Assembly: GCF_001194135.2 (NCBI RefSeq)
Contig: NC_068988.1
Location: forward strand, 14,008,786-14,042,220
Source: Octopus bimaculoides
Taxonomy: Eukaryota
Direction: 5' to 3'
Length of the DNA stretch: 33,435 nucleotides
This document shows positions 12,050 to 23,900 of this stretch, one piece after another. The translations under genes and the position numbers were made by a program. Positions within the stretch are counted from its first letter, which is position 1; each line of letters begins with the position of its first letter. Under the pieces are notes generated by a model. That model saw nothing but the letters and a program-made list of their open reading frames with translations, was not told the DNA's origin and searched no databases.

Positions 12050-12172
12050 TAGGTTTTGGTGGGCCCGGGACTATAGTAGAAGACACTTGCCCAAGGTGCC
12101 ACGCTGTAGACTGAACCAAGAATCATGTGGTTGGGAAGCAAACTCCTTACCAGACAGCCATGCCTGCGCCTA
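12050..12172 (-). mobile_element. SINE family A 5' part
   Basis: Reverse: AGGCGCAGGCATGGCTGTCTGGTAAGGAGTTTGCTTCCCAACC...GCGTGGCACCTTGGGCAAGTGTCTTCTACTATAG, matching 7499-7590. Confidence 0.8.
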
Positions 12173-12185
12173 TCATGTGTACGTT

Positions 12186-12577
12186 TTAATCCTTTCCATT
12201 TTGCAATTATATTTCTGTTGAAATACATTGCCTTTGTTTCAATTAATTTTGAAAATAACGAAGAACTTAGTAAAAAAAGGCTTTGCAGTTATTAAGCTAG
12301 TGTTTCGAACCTAAATTAGCACGCAATGTTGAAGAGCGTGTTTAACATAGATCACATTAACCCTCTCGTTAGAAAATTTCTGTTGAAATACATTACATAC
12401 GCTTCAATTAATTTTGAAAATATCGAAGAATTTAGTAAAATAAGTTTGTTATTATTAAGCCAGTGGCTGGAAAATAAATTGACATGAAATTTTGATGGAA
12501 GATTTTAATTTAGATCTCTTTAAACAAGAAATTTGCATCATAGATCCAAGTGTGGTCTCAAGCGACTTACTATCAAT
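12186..12577 (+). mobile_element. Two tandem/nested copies of an AT-rich TTAA-CCC-starting MITE-like repeat
   Basis: ATTTCTGTTGAAATACATT...TCAATTAATTTTGAAAATA.CGAAGAA.TTAGTAAAA occurs twice; units start TTAATCCTTT (12186) and TTAACCCTCT (12357). TTAA plus CCC is the piggyBac-type end signature; no intact right TIR. Confidence 0.55.
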
Positions 12578-13454
12578 TTACGCTGCTGTTTCTTGATACT
12601 CCATTTCTATATATATCGGTTTTACTGTACGTCAGTCATGGTTTCACAATATCGTTTCATTCTCAATGTTCTTTCTCTTTACTACAATGACAATGTCATT
12701 AGCATATCTCGTTTTCATTCTTGTTATTTTTCTCCATTTTTCCCCTTCAGTCCACCGTTTTCGTCTCCTTTTCCTAGCTTTGCTTTTATCATTTTCTTAT
12801 TGTTCCTGTTCTTGCTAGAACGATGTCTTGTTTGATTTTGGTCAAAGTGTTGAATATATTTTAGTTTTCCCCTTATAAAATTTTCTCAGCCGTCACTATC
12901 TCACTTTTATAATTTTTCACTCTTCCACTTAATCTTGCACTCCAGCCATTCAATAATGTCTTTGGAAATGGCTATACTTTATAATCATGTTCAGGAACAA
13001 CAGAAAAGAAGCAAGTACTAAATAGCGATAAAATAAAAACAAAAAAACAAACAAAAAGAAACAAGAAGAAATCATAAAGAGTAAAGACAAAAATTTACAG
13101 AAGAAAAATTGAAGATAATCTAATGACAACACCGTCCTAGAAGAAAAGAGGCTGTTAAGATTTGAGAACGAGGTAGGCATTATGAAAACGAGGTGAACAA
13201 TCAACATTGACTCCTGACAGGAAAAAAAATGGTGTGGGTATCAGTGGACGAGTCGTAAATACACGACCAAAGAATTTCATATGTAATTATGTCAAAACAT
13301 AATAAGATAACAGAGGCCAAAATATCAGCGTATGGGCGTCTAAATAAGATTCTCTGACAATGGAATTATTTGAGTTTCATCCCACGCATCACAATGTCAC
13401 ATCATATGGTTGGCTGACCAAGTTTAACGAACGTATTCTTGTGTGAAAAAATGT

Positions 13455-13525
13455 CTGCGTTTGTGTGTGTGTGTGTTTGTGTGTGTGTGTTTGTGTGTGT
13501 GTTTGAGTGTGTGTGTGTGTATGTA

Positions 13526-13568
<43 letters not shown>

Positions 13569-13703
13569 GTGTGAATTAGACACGTGATCTTGGTTAGATA
13601 GTCAGAGTAGGCAGAAGGCGCAGTAATTGTTAACAAAGACCTTGTCATCATGAAACATCTTGTCAAAACTTATTTGTCAATATAAACATATATATATATG
13701 CAT

Positions 13704-13755
<52 letters not shown>

Positions 13756-13988
13756 CGTTTCTTATTGTGATTAACGTTTTTTGTGATGTCCTGTACCCAT
13801 ATATGCTTGTATGTATACATATAGATGTCAGTATGTGCATATATGTATGGATATATGCATATAATTATGTATTATTTATGTTATTGTATATATATATGTA
13901 TATATATATATATATGTACGTAGGTATATGTATGTATATATATATATATATATTTATGTATGTATGTATCTAGCTCTCTCTATCGATC

Positions 13989-14057
<69 letters not shown>

Positions 14058-14060
14058 GTG
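13455..14060. repeat. (GT)n, (TA)n, (CA)n microsatellite cluster
   Basis: Read directly. Confidence 0.85.
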
Positions 14061-15355
14061 TATGTATATATTTGTTAACGTCAAATATGCATACCAAAAA
14101 ATAAAGACGTAGCACCTTGGGCAAGACGTAGCACCTTGTGCGTGTGTGTACTAATGTTTTTGCAGCGCTGTGTGTTTATTTGAATGTTTGAAACCAAACA
14201 AGTTAACCTTTATAAGATTTATTCTCATATCTTGCCGAAGGAATATGCATAATTTCAAGTTTGAATATTCGTATTCATTTTGATTGTATATATATGTGTG
14301 TGTGTGCGGAGACAGGAACACTGATAGAGAGGTTAATAGATATTCATAGACACACACACATCTACACACACATTCCCTCTCTCTCTCTCTCACACACATG
14401 CTCTCTCTCACATGCACACACTCTCTCTCTCCCTCACATTTACACACACACACATGTGCGTGCGCTGACTCTTGCACACATTTCCATAAACTCAGCTTCT
14501 ATATTAATTTTTGTGTGCATGATACACATACATACATATACAGGCATACATATACATACATATCTATATATAAATACATACCTCCCCCATATANNNNNNN
14601 NNNNNNNNNNNNNNNNNNNNNNNNNNNNNNNNNNNNNNNNNNNNNNNNNNNNNNNNNNNNNNNNNNNNNNNNNNNNNNNNNNNNNNNNNNNNNNNNNNNN
14701 NNNNNNNNNNNNNNNNNNNNNNNNNNNNNNNNNNNNNNNNNNNNNNNNNNNNNNNNNNNNNNNNNNNNNNNNNNNNNNNNNNNNNNNNNNNNNNNNNNNN
14801 NNNNNNNNNNNNNNNNNNNNNNNNNNNNTATATATATATATATATGTGTATGTATGTATTTCTGTGTGTATATCCTTAAGCAGGGCAGCGACAAGATGTA
14901 TTAAACCATTATTTTTTTTCTTTCCTATAGAATTACAAAGATATAGCATTATACGATCACCCCAATTTGCCTCATGTCGTGTCTGAGAAAAACACTCAAA
15001 GTTTTTGACACGAAATCAATACAATTGTTTCTCTAATTATATTTTGTTTTCATTACAATATGTGATAATTTAATCATTGTTTGTCATTTACTCAGGCTTG
15101 CCCAGTAGCAGATGAAATATCGGCAGTAGTAGTTGTAATGATGAAAGTAATAAGTCGTAGTATTAATAGCTGTGATGGTAATACAACTATTATTAGTAGT
15201 TGCAGTAGTAAATATAATCATAGTAGCAGTTGAAGCTGTAGTTATAACTGTGATTGATTTTATATTGATGTTTAGTATTGGGAGCCTAAATAATATTTTT
15301 TTTTATTCTAAGGTAAGAATTTATATGAGATAATACGGTGATATTTAGCGGCATT

Positions 15356-15506
15356 AAGGCGGTAAGCTGGCATAATCGTTTAGCGCTCTGGTCAAAATGC
15401 TTATCTGCATTTCGTCCGTCTTTATGTTCTAAGTTGAAATTCTACCGAGGTCGACTTTACCTTTCATCCTTTCGTTATTGATAAAATAAATACCAGATGA
15501 ACACTG

Positions 15507-15545
<39 letters not shown>

Positions 15546-16177
15546 NNNNNNNNNNNNNNNNNNNNNNNNNNNNNNNNNNNNNNNNNNNNNNNNNNNNNNN
15601 NNNNNNNNNNNNNNNNNNNNNNNNNNNNNNNNNNNNNNNNNNNNNNNNNNNNNNNNNNNNNNNNNNNNNNNNNNNNNNNNNNNNNNNNNNNNNNNNNNNN
15701 NNNNNNNNNNNNNNNNNNNNNNNNNNNNNNNNNNNNNNNNNNNNNNNNNNNNNNNNNNNNNNNNNNNNNNNNNNNNNNNNNNNNNNNNNNNNNNNNNNNN
15801 NNNNNNNNNNNNNNNNNNNNNNNNNNNNNNNNNNNNNNNNNNNNNNNNNNNNNNNNNNNNNNNNNNNNNNNNNNNNNNNNNNNNNNNNNNNNNNNNNNNN
15901 NNNNNNNNNNNNNNNNNNNNNNNNNNNNNNNNNNNNNNNNNNNNNNNNNNNNNNNNNNNNNNNNNNNNNNNNNNNNNNNNNNNNNNNNNNNNNNNNNNNN
16001 NNNNNNNNNNNNNNNNNNNNNNNNNNNNNNNNNNNNNNNNNNNNNNNNNNNNNNNNNNNNNNNNNNNNNNNNNNNGTGTGTGTGTGTGTGGTGGGGGGTT
16101 CGATGTAATCGACTTAGTCCCTTTCCTCAAATTCCAGGACTTGTACTTACAGTAGAAACGGATAATTATTATTATTA
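15356..16177 (+). mobile_element. SINE family B interrupted by a (GT)n microsatellite and gap
   Basis: 5' half ends ACACTGGA at 15508; the 3' half resumes GGGGTTCGATGTAATCGAC at about 16095, as in the uninterrupted neighbouring copy. Confidence 0.8.
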
Positions 16178-16393
16178 TGGCGGCGAGCTGGCAGGATTGT
16201 TAGCATGTTGGGCACATGCTTAGTGGTATTTCGTCTGCTGCTACGTTCTGAGTTCAAATTTCGCCGAGGTCGACATTGCCTTTCATCTTTCGGGGTTGAT
16301 AAATTAAGTACCAGTGAAACACACTGAGCGATGTAATCGACTAGTCCCGCCCCCCAAATTTCAGGCCTTGTGCCTTTAGTAGAAAGTATTATT
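16178..16393 (+). mobile_element. Full-length SINE family B
   Basis: GGCGGCGAGCTGGCAGG (A-box-like)...GAGTTCAAATT (B-box-like)...GGCCTTGTGCCTTTAGTAGAAAG(TAT)n. Confidence 0.9.
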
Positions 16394-16566
16394 AAGGCGG
16401 TGATCTGGCAGAATCTTTAGCATGCCTGGTAAAATTCTTAGCGGCATTTCATACCACTTTTTGTTCTGATTTAAATACAATAATTGCCTGTTGAGCACTG
16501 AGGCCGATGTAATCAACTTACCCGCCGATACGAAATTACTGGCCCCGTTCCAAAATTTGAAACCAG
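16394..16566 (+). mobile_element. SINE family B, internally deleted, variant tail
   Basis: AAGGCGGTGATCTGGCAGAATC head directly follows the previous tail; tail CCAAAATTTGAAACCA differs. Confidence 0.7.
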
Positions 16567-17495
16567 TATCAAAGATTGTGACAATTGTTATTCTGATATT
16601 TGTGATTCCTTGATTATAATTATTGTAGAGTTATTTTCGTAATTGAGATACACGTGTGATTATGAAAATTTTCTAATCCTAATATGCTTCGTGATTATGG
16701 TAAATTTAGCGATTATAATAGACTCTTGATTTATTTGAGATTCTAATAGTCTTATAACTCAAATGATTTTTGTGAATGTGAACATCTTTAGAACTGTCAT
16801 AAAACATAGAATTAAAAATACTTTCATTACTATAATGGAGCAAAGTCCTTAAGTATCACGTATGAACAAAATAATGATGGAACGTATTCGAACTGGATCG
16901 ACAGTTTTAGAAAGTTTGAATACCGTTGTCTTGCAAGCTATCTCATATAATACAGCGCAATGTGTTTCACAACGTGGTCATACTGACAGAGGGGAAACTA
17001 TAAAGACAAACGCAGCGGGAGTGAGTAACAGTCAGAGATGCTAAATACAGGTGAATTGCAGTGAGAGGTTTTGCTCATGAGCAGCTGTATTTTAAAGAAA
17101 ACTGAAAATTTCTCACGATACATCTACGTCTGCAACATATGGAAATAAAAGAGAGTTTTCCCTTTGCATTAGGGCTGGTTCCCTGAAAGTAGTCAAGATG
17201 GTCCGTGAAGACCTTTGCTCAGATCTCAAGGAGAATTCCTCACACCGACATATATATATATATATATACATACATACATACATAAATACATACATACATN
17301 NNNNNNNNNATATATAAACACAAACATGTGAATATATGTGGATCTATCTCACGATATACATACATGACCTTCTCTTTATAAACGTTCTGAAATTTTTAGA
17401 CCTCTTTATAAATGTTCTGAGACCTTTCACAGCCTTGGATTTTTTTAATCCCATTCTGTATTGAACTTGCAGGACATTTATAAAGAGAATGTTAT

Positions 17496-17542
17496 TCTTA
17501 CAGCTGTTTATGGGATATTAGGGATATCCCTTCATCAGAGAC
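17496..17542 (-). ncRNA. Degenerate minimal hammerhead ribozyme motif (Penelope-type), G12U
   Basis: Minus: GUCU-CUGAUGA-A-GGGAUAU CCCUA AUAUCCC-A-(U)AAA-CAGCUG-UA-AGA. Stem II 7 bp, palindrome ACAGCUGU, stem I only 3 bp. Confidence 0.6.
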
Positions 17543-19221
17543 GATGTGAGAAAGTTAAATAGAGGGAAATATTAGAATTCACTATGAGGAGTTATTTTGG
17601 AAAAGGAAGCAAATAAGGATTATATAGGGAAACAGGACAATGAATGTAGAAATAAAAATTAAGGTGTACAAAATTGTTATAGTTGCAGTTGCATTATCCA
17701 AGGAAAGTGGTGTGTAGAAGTGGTAGAAATGCTTCCTGTCCGTGGTATGTAAATTCTAATAGGAGTTCATATTTTGTCATCACAAATGGAAAGTGTGGAG
17801 ACGTAGATTCCATGTGATGTTCATTCAAAGGAGTCTTGTAGTGTGAATGAAATTTTGAGAGTGTATTAGTAGTATTAAGTGGATAGAGAGGGGAGAAGAG
17901 ATGTGTATGTTAAAATGAAAAGAGAGGTCAAAGGAAAAGGTGAGAAAAGAAGGAAAGAAAGAGGAAGAGAAAATGAAAACAAACTGAAAAAAGTGTAAGA
18001 AAGTGAAAACCAGAAGAGTCTGACAGATGACTACTATGAAGCAGGGAAGTATACTAGCCCCTATATATATTTACTACTCAATATTTCATATATTCAATAA
18101 GACATTCAATACTTCATTTCATTTTACTATTTATATTATATATTCCATATTCTATATCCCACATTAATTTTATAAAAATATAAATAAAACATAAAAAAAC
18201 AGAGTTGGAACTCTTTTAAATAATATATATATANNNNNNNNNNNNNNNNNNNNNNNNNNNNNNNNNNNNNNNNNNNNNNNNNNNNNNNNNNNNNNNNNNN
18301 NNNNNNNNNNNNNNNNNNNNNNNNNNNNNNNNNNNNNNNNNNNNNNNNNNNNNNNNNNNNNNNNNNNNNNNNNNNNNNNNNNNNNNNNNNNNNNNNNNNN
18401 NNNNNNNNNNNNNNNNNNNNNNNNNNNNNNNNNNNNNNNNNNNNNNNNNNNNNNNNNNNNNNNNNNNNNNNNNNNNNNNNNNNNNNNNNNNNNNNNNNNN
18501 NNNNNNNNNNNNNNNNNNNNNNNNNNNNNNNNNNNNNNNNNNNNNNNNNNNNNNNNNNNNNNNNNNNNNNNNNNNNNNNNNNNNNNNNNNNNNNNNNNNN
18601 NNNNNNNNNNNNNNNNNNNNNNNNNNNNNNNNNNNNNNNNNNNNNNNNNNNNNNNNNNNNNNNNNNNNNNNNNNNNNNNNNNNNNNNNNNNNNNNNNNNN
18701 NNNNNNNNNNNNNNNNNNNNNNNNNNNNNNNNNNNNNNNNNNNNNNNNNNNNNNNNNNNNNNNNNNNNNNNNNNNNNNNNNNNNNNNNNNNNNNNNNNNN
18801 NNNNNNNNNNNNNNNNNNNNNNNNNNNNNNNNNNNNNNNNNNNNNNNNNNNNNNNNNNNNNNNNNNNNNNNNNNNNNNNNNNNNNNNNNNNNNNNNNNNN
18901 NNNNNNNNNNNNNNNNNNNNNNNNNNNNNNNNNNNNNNNNNNNNNNNNNNNNNNNNNNNNNNNNNNNNNNNNNNNNNNNNNNNNNNNNNNNNNNNNNNNN
19001 NNNNNNNNNNNNNNNNNNNNNNNNNNNNNNNNNNNNNNNNNNNNNNNNNNNNNNNNNNNNNNNNNNNNNNNNNNNNNNNNNNNNNNNNNNNNNNNNNNNN
19101 NNNNNNNNNNNNNNNNNNNNNNNNNNNNNNNNNNNNNNNNNNNNNNNNNNNNNNNNNNNNNGGAAAATAGTTTCAAATGGAAGAAAAAAGCTTAATATTT
19201 AAATTTATATATTAAAGTTCA

Positions 19222-19310
<89 letters not shown>

Positions 19311-19430
19311 ATACATACATATTTATGAATATATATATGTATATACATATGCGTATTTATATATCTATACTTATATGTATGTATATATGTATATGTATAT
19401 ATATACACATGTGTGTGTATATATATACAT
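19222..19430. repeat. (CA)n plus cryptic (TA/CA) microsatellite
   Basis: Read directly. Confidence 0.9.
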
Positions 19431-20240
19431 ATACGTATTTAGAGATATATATCTATATCTATAAGTCTGTATGTGTGTTGCATGGACGATAATATTTTCA
19501 GTAGAGACGTTACATGCGTATCTGACAGTTCACATGCTTCAGTTGTGTGTATGTACGTATATTTAATCTATTTGTGATATTTAACCATCCCCTTTTCCAT
19601 TATTTGATGCACTATTTTCTATCATCAATAAAACTGCCCGCGTTTTTGACGACATGAGTATACTAATTATAACGTATATGAAAGGAGCGTTACTACATAA
19701 AGGAAACTAACCACTTGCTAATTCGTTTTGTGCAATAGGTATAACTATATTTGTAGCAACGAATTTTGCTGTTGTTATTTCCAACTCTAGGTTAGCTTCG
19801 ATGGAGCAGTTTTGTTATTTTGATATTAGAACTTATTCGATATTAATACTTATTCAGTAATATGTATTGTCACACTTCACATTCAGATATTTGAATTCTT
19901 CCTGTAAGAACGGGGCTGTTTCTATAAAAAATGCAAAGTTCTATCGTTGGAATTCGGATTAAAAAATGATGAGTTTTACATGTTTAACTTCTGAATATTC
20001 TTGCATAATTTTAATGTTCCGCTTACAGATTACACTGCAATAAAATTTTTATTTTTGTTTGTTTTTAGTCAATAAGTTTTATTTCCTATTTGTTTTTATC
20101 TAGAAATCGAAAGAAATGGCTACTGTTCCTTTGAGACTTTGCTTTTGTGACCTGGACATCGATGTTTTGAAACTGACCTATTTTTTTCCTTTTATTTCAG
20201 ACAACTTCAGCAGTGAGTTACTGAAAAAGAAATATCCTTA

Positions 20241-20384
20241 TAGCAGATATTCTGCTCAGTAGGACAGATTTGCTTGTCAGTTACTTAACCTTAATCGCTT
20301 GAACATTTGTGACTGATTATGAGGAGGAGTAGTGGGGGAGCATCATAGCTATGTGCTGAGAGGGATTCTTTGGGGTTTGAATAA
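20241..20384. mobile_element. Fragment of the repeat seen at 10195-10502 (opposite orientation)
   Basis: AGCAGATATTCTGCTCA...GGGATTCTTTGGGGTTTGAATAA aligns to the reverse of about 10234-10400. Confidence 0.7.
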
Positions 20385-20415
20385 ATGAAACAAAAACAAA
20401 GTTTGAAGGAAATAT

Positions 20416-20501
20416 TAGCCAGTTTTCATACTTTCTAGGGGTAATCAAATAGGAAATAACAGCTGCTACCCGAGGACAAAAATCATGTGACACAGTGTTA
20501 T
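20416..20501 (+). repeat. 86-bp dispersed repeat, copy 1
   Basis: 79 of 86 bases identical to 27613-27698 by manual alignment. Confidence 0.9.
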
Positions 20502-20787
20502 ATTTTTGAAGTAGATATTAATCGGTGAATTTATTTCCTCGAAAACCTTAGCTTTCTCAGATTGTCACTTAGTCATTTACTAGCAAGGCCAAGTGCATCA
20601 ATAATTATATATTATAATTATATATTATATCATGCCTTGATACTGTATGGACTGAGATATCAGTTGACTGACCGATGATATTGTCCTTCAATATTATCTC
20701 TCTCATTTGAATCAAAAGAACTATTAATGTTTGTAGAATAGACGATTTTTTTATGACGGTACATATTCTTTTCCTTTTCCATCTCAG

Positions 20788-20974
20788 ATAACCATATCAA
20801 ACGGCTTAGTATGCTTGCACTTAGCAGAAGTCTTGATGGGAATGTTCCTCCAATATTCCTTGTGTTGATAAAACATAGCTGTATTTAATAACAATGTTAT
20901 TATCTATATTTATCCAAGAGCAGTCTTCTTACACATGGCATTGTGTATTGTTTTCGCAACGACAGTATGCCACA
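20788..20974 (+). other. Candidate exon (possible first coding exon, MALCIVFATTVCH + phase-1 donor)
   Basis: Acceptor TTCTTTTCCTTTTCCATCTCAG| at 20787, ATG at 20935 after in-frame stops, donor ACA|GTAAGT at 20974/20975. No homology evidence. Confidence 0.25.
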
Positions 20975-22109
20975 GTAAGTGATAGCAACTTGAATATCTT
21001 CAGGCAACTACAAATCTATATATAATATCTTCCACAGAAACTTGACATAATCAACATTTTCAATCGTATCTCAGGAGTTTAAGGGCTTCCCTGACATTTC
21101 TGTTCAGTTGGTATTTTGTAGCTATTTCCTGCCTTTGGATTACAAAATTATAGCCATCGAAATGTGATTATGTATGCATGTAAATATGCAAATGTTTATC
21201 TATGTATGTTCTTGTTTCATTAAAAAAAGAAAGAATTCTCACAAATACAGTAAGAGCCATTTTCCAACAAAGAACAAAGCTATTTCATTTAAATTTAAGT
21301 AACATAGGTTTCAACTATGTATCTGTACACACATTTCTGAGCCTGTCTGAATGTCTGCACGTCATCCCATGTGCTCACTTATGTATTGGTACATCTAGAA
21401 TTGGTTCCTTCGTATGGTCTAAATTTAGGAAACGTTTTAGATATTTTCAGTTTCATGAGGCGGTTTGTAATGGTAATTTCCTTTTTAGCATTCTGACATT
21501 CTGAGGTCTAGTTCCCCACCACCACGACCACCGTACAAAAAAACAAAAAAAAAGGGGAAGGCCTTAAGATTTACAAATTTATCTTTGTCTTTTACCTTTA
21601 GCATACAGTAACGACTGCAGGAAGATGATCAAGTTTATTTTAAAATTTCATGGTCGATGTGGAATAAGGAAATAATTATCTTTGAAATTTCAAGTTTTGG
21701 CGCTTCTTCGGAATACGCCAGACAACTTCGGACACTGCCACAAGAATACGGGGAATTCTTTTCTAATCCAAATAACATTGTTAACTTGATGTACTAACAC
21801 AGAGCGTTTTTCCTGAATTGATAATCCCTTACTAATAACTCTCTCTGAGAGTTATTAGTAAGTGTGTGTGTATGTGTGTGTGTGCGTGTATAACTTTATT
21901 ATTAAAATTGCAAAAACATCACAAAAAATCACAACAAACTTCTCAGAGCTTTAGGTTCTCGTTCGTTGGGCAGTTGTGATCCAGGATGGAATAAGGATTT
22001 GGGTTATACTTATATTTTATATTATGCTGTAATTCACATTGAGAGATACACATCTGAATTTGATTGGTTTATGTGAAAAAAAAAGTCAAATTGAAGTGCA
22101 AAATCAATG

Positions 22110-22580
22110 TTATCCGTACGGTATTTTTCCGCTCGACATTTTATGTTTCGTGGCGTGTCTGCAGGAATTTAAAAGTTCCAACCTTTGGTTCAAGGCGTAT
22201 TTATCCTGGAAACTGATGAAAATTTTTTCAGTCAGGCACAAATTGCACCTTATTGAGCCTCTATACGCTCCATGTTTATATAGTACTGCTCTCTCCAAGA
22301 TTGTCTGGAAGATTTCGAAAGGACGGGTGTTACTTTCTTTCAGCTGCCAGACATGCTTAGCGAGACTTGTTGCTGGTCCTATTTTCAGCGTATCGAAATA
22401 AATTTTGATGGGAATATAGCCTTGTCTTGAAGGAATTTTTCCGTGGTCTCTATATATGTCATATGTTTGTGAACTATCCATTTGCACCTTAGCTCTATAT
22501 ACTATTTCCTCCCAACGGACAGCAACTTTGATCTTTACAATTATTTTTATGGTGACATTGATTTCGCATTTGAATTTGAT
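22110..22580 (-). mobile_element. Penelope-like retroelement C-terminal GIY-YIG endonuclease, frameshifted relic
   Basis: Stitching frames gives NCKDQSCCPLGG/IVYRAKVQMDSSQTY/YIETTEK/SFKTRLYSHQNLF/ATSLAKHVWQLKESN...RCNLCLTEKIFISFQDKYALNQRLELLNSCRH. The VY...YIG-like motif, TxLxKHVWxLK, CNLCLTEK and LNxRxEL..xCRH are typical of PLE endonucleases. Confidence 0.85.
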
Positions 22581-22943
22581 TTTATTTTCACTTAAACCGA
22601 CATCACTTTGTATAACATTCATTTTACATTTTCGCCTTTCAAGAAAACCTTCGATTGGATAGAAACTATATTTTTATTTTTATTTTATTGTAACTTTTAC
22701 TCTTAAATGCACCCTTTTATAAACCATACGAAAGCTTTTTCCATATCGCAATTTCGCCTACAAAACCTTTCAATGTTGATTTTTAATGCACACCTAAAAA
22801 AGAACACATACCATCGCCCAAAATGTGTTTTAAGCATATCGAATATCCGAATGGATTTTTTTCGTCATTTAATTTTTTTTCATTATTTCTTAATCATTTT
22901 ACTACCATTATATATATATTTCTTTGTTATTATTATTGTTAAT

Positions 22944-23058
22944 AAGGCAACGATGCTGGCAGAACCTTTAGCGAGCCGGGCAAAGTGTTTAACGATATTT
23001 CAACCGTCGCTAAATTCTGATTTAAATTCCGTCGAAGTCGGTTTTAATTTCTTCATAT
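22944..23058 (+). mobile_element. SINE family B 5' fragment
   Basis: AAGGCAACGATGCTGGCAGAACC...AAATTCCGTCGAAGTCGG, diverged head. Confidence 0.65.
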
Positions 23059-23289
23059 AAAAATTACTCATATTCAAGCTTATATAACATAAAATAATGT
23101 TTTTAGTGCTTTAAATTTAATTTAATAATTGATTGTAATTTAGCACCGTTTGATCCAGACACCAGAAATCGCATTACTTCATTCCGTCTTTCAACAATTT
23201 TTATATTTATATTCAACACACCAGCCACGCAGTTGCGTGTATATATACGTATGCATATATATGCATGGTGTATGTATAACGTATGTTAT

Positions 23290-23373
<84 letters not shown>

Positions 23374-23716
23374 GTATATCCATTTTGATCTGAATATCAA
23401 AACTCGGTAGTATTGGTGTATCGGTGCTTCGTCATTGTGTTGCTAAAAATATATAAACAAAGGATATGCCTCAGAAACAAAAGGAAATCAACAAGCAACG
23501 CACGAAGAAAACAAGCACTAATTTAGAGTCCAACGTTTCGGACAGCAGCCCTTCTTCAAAAATAGGCAGAGAAGATAAGAGAGCAGAAAGGACAAAAGGG
23601 TAAAAATAAAGAAAAAGATCACATGATTAGCTTTGTAAGGCTGTGCAGTAGATGGTGGTTGGAAGAGATAAACGAAGAGAGGAAAATAGATAGATTGAAA
23701 GAGAGAGAGAGAAAGA

Positions 23717-23771
<55 letters not shown>

Positions 23772-23900
23772 AAGAAAGAGGGTATGAGGAAATGATGTTT
23801 ACTGCTAATGAGTGAAAGCAAAGAAAAACAAAATGCAACCGCATTATTGTGATGTGATGTGTGTGTATGTGTGTGAGTGTGAGTGAGTGTGTGTGTATGT
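23290..23900. repeat. (CA)n, (GA/GATA)n and (GT)n microsatellites separated by short unique DNA
   Basis: Read directly. Confidence 0.8.

Noticed and set aside
17640-17900. Possible PLE coding remnant upstream of the second hammerhead
   Set aside because: All minus-strand frames are interrupted by stops and no convincing motif could be reconstructed.
20900-21140. Alternative minus-strand exon readings (LPEDIQVAITYCGILSLRKQYTMPC; EIATKYQLNRNVREALKLLRYD)
   Set aside because: Weak polypyrimidine tracts and no homology; shows how easily exon-like pieces appear here, so the + strand candidates are also tentative.
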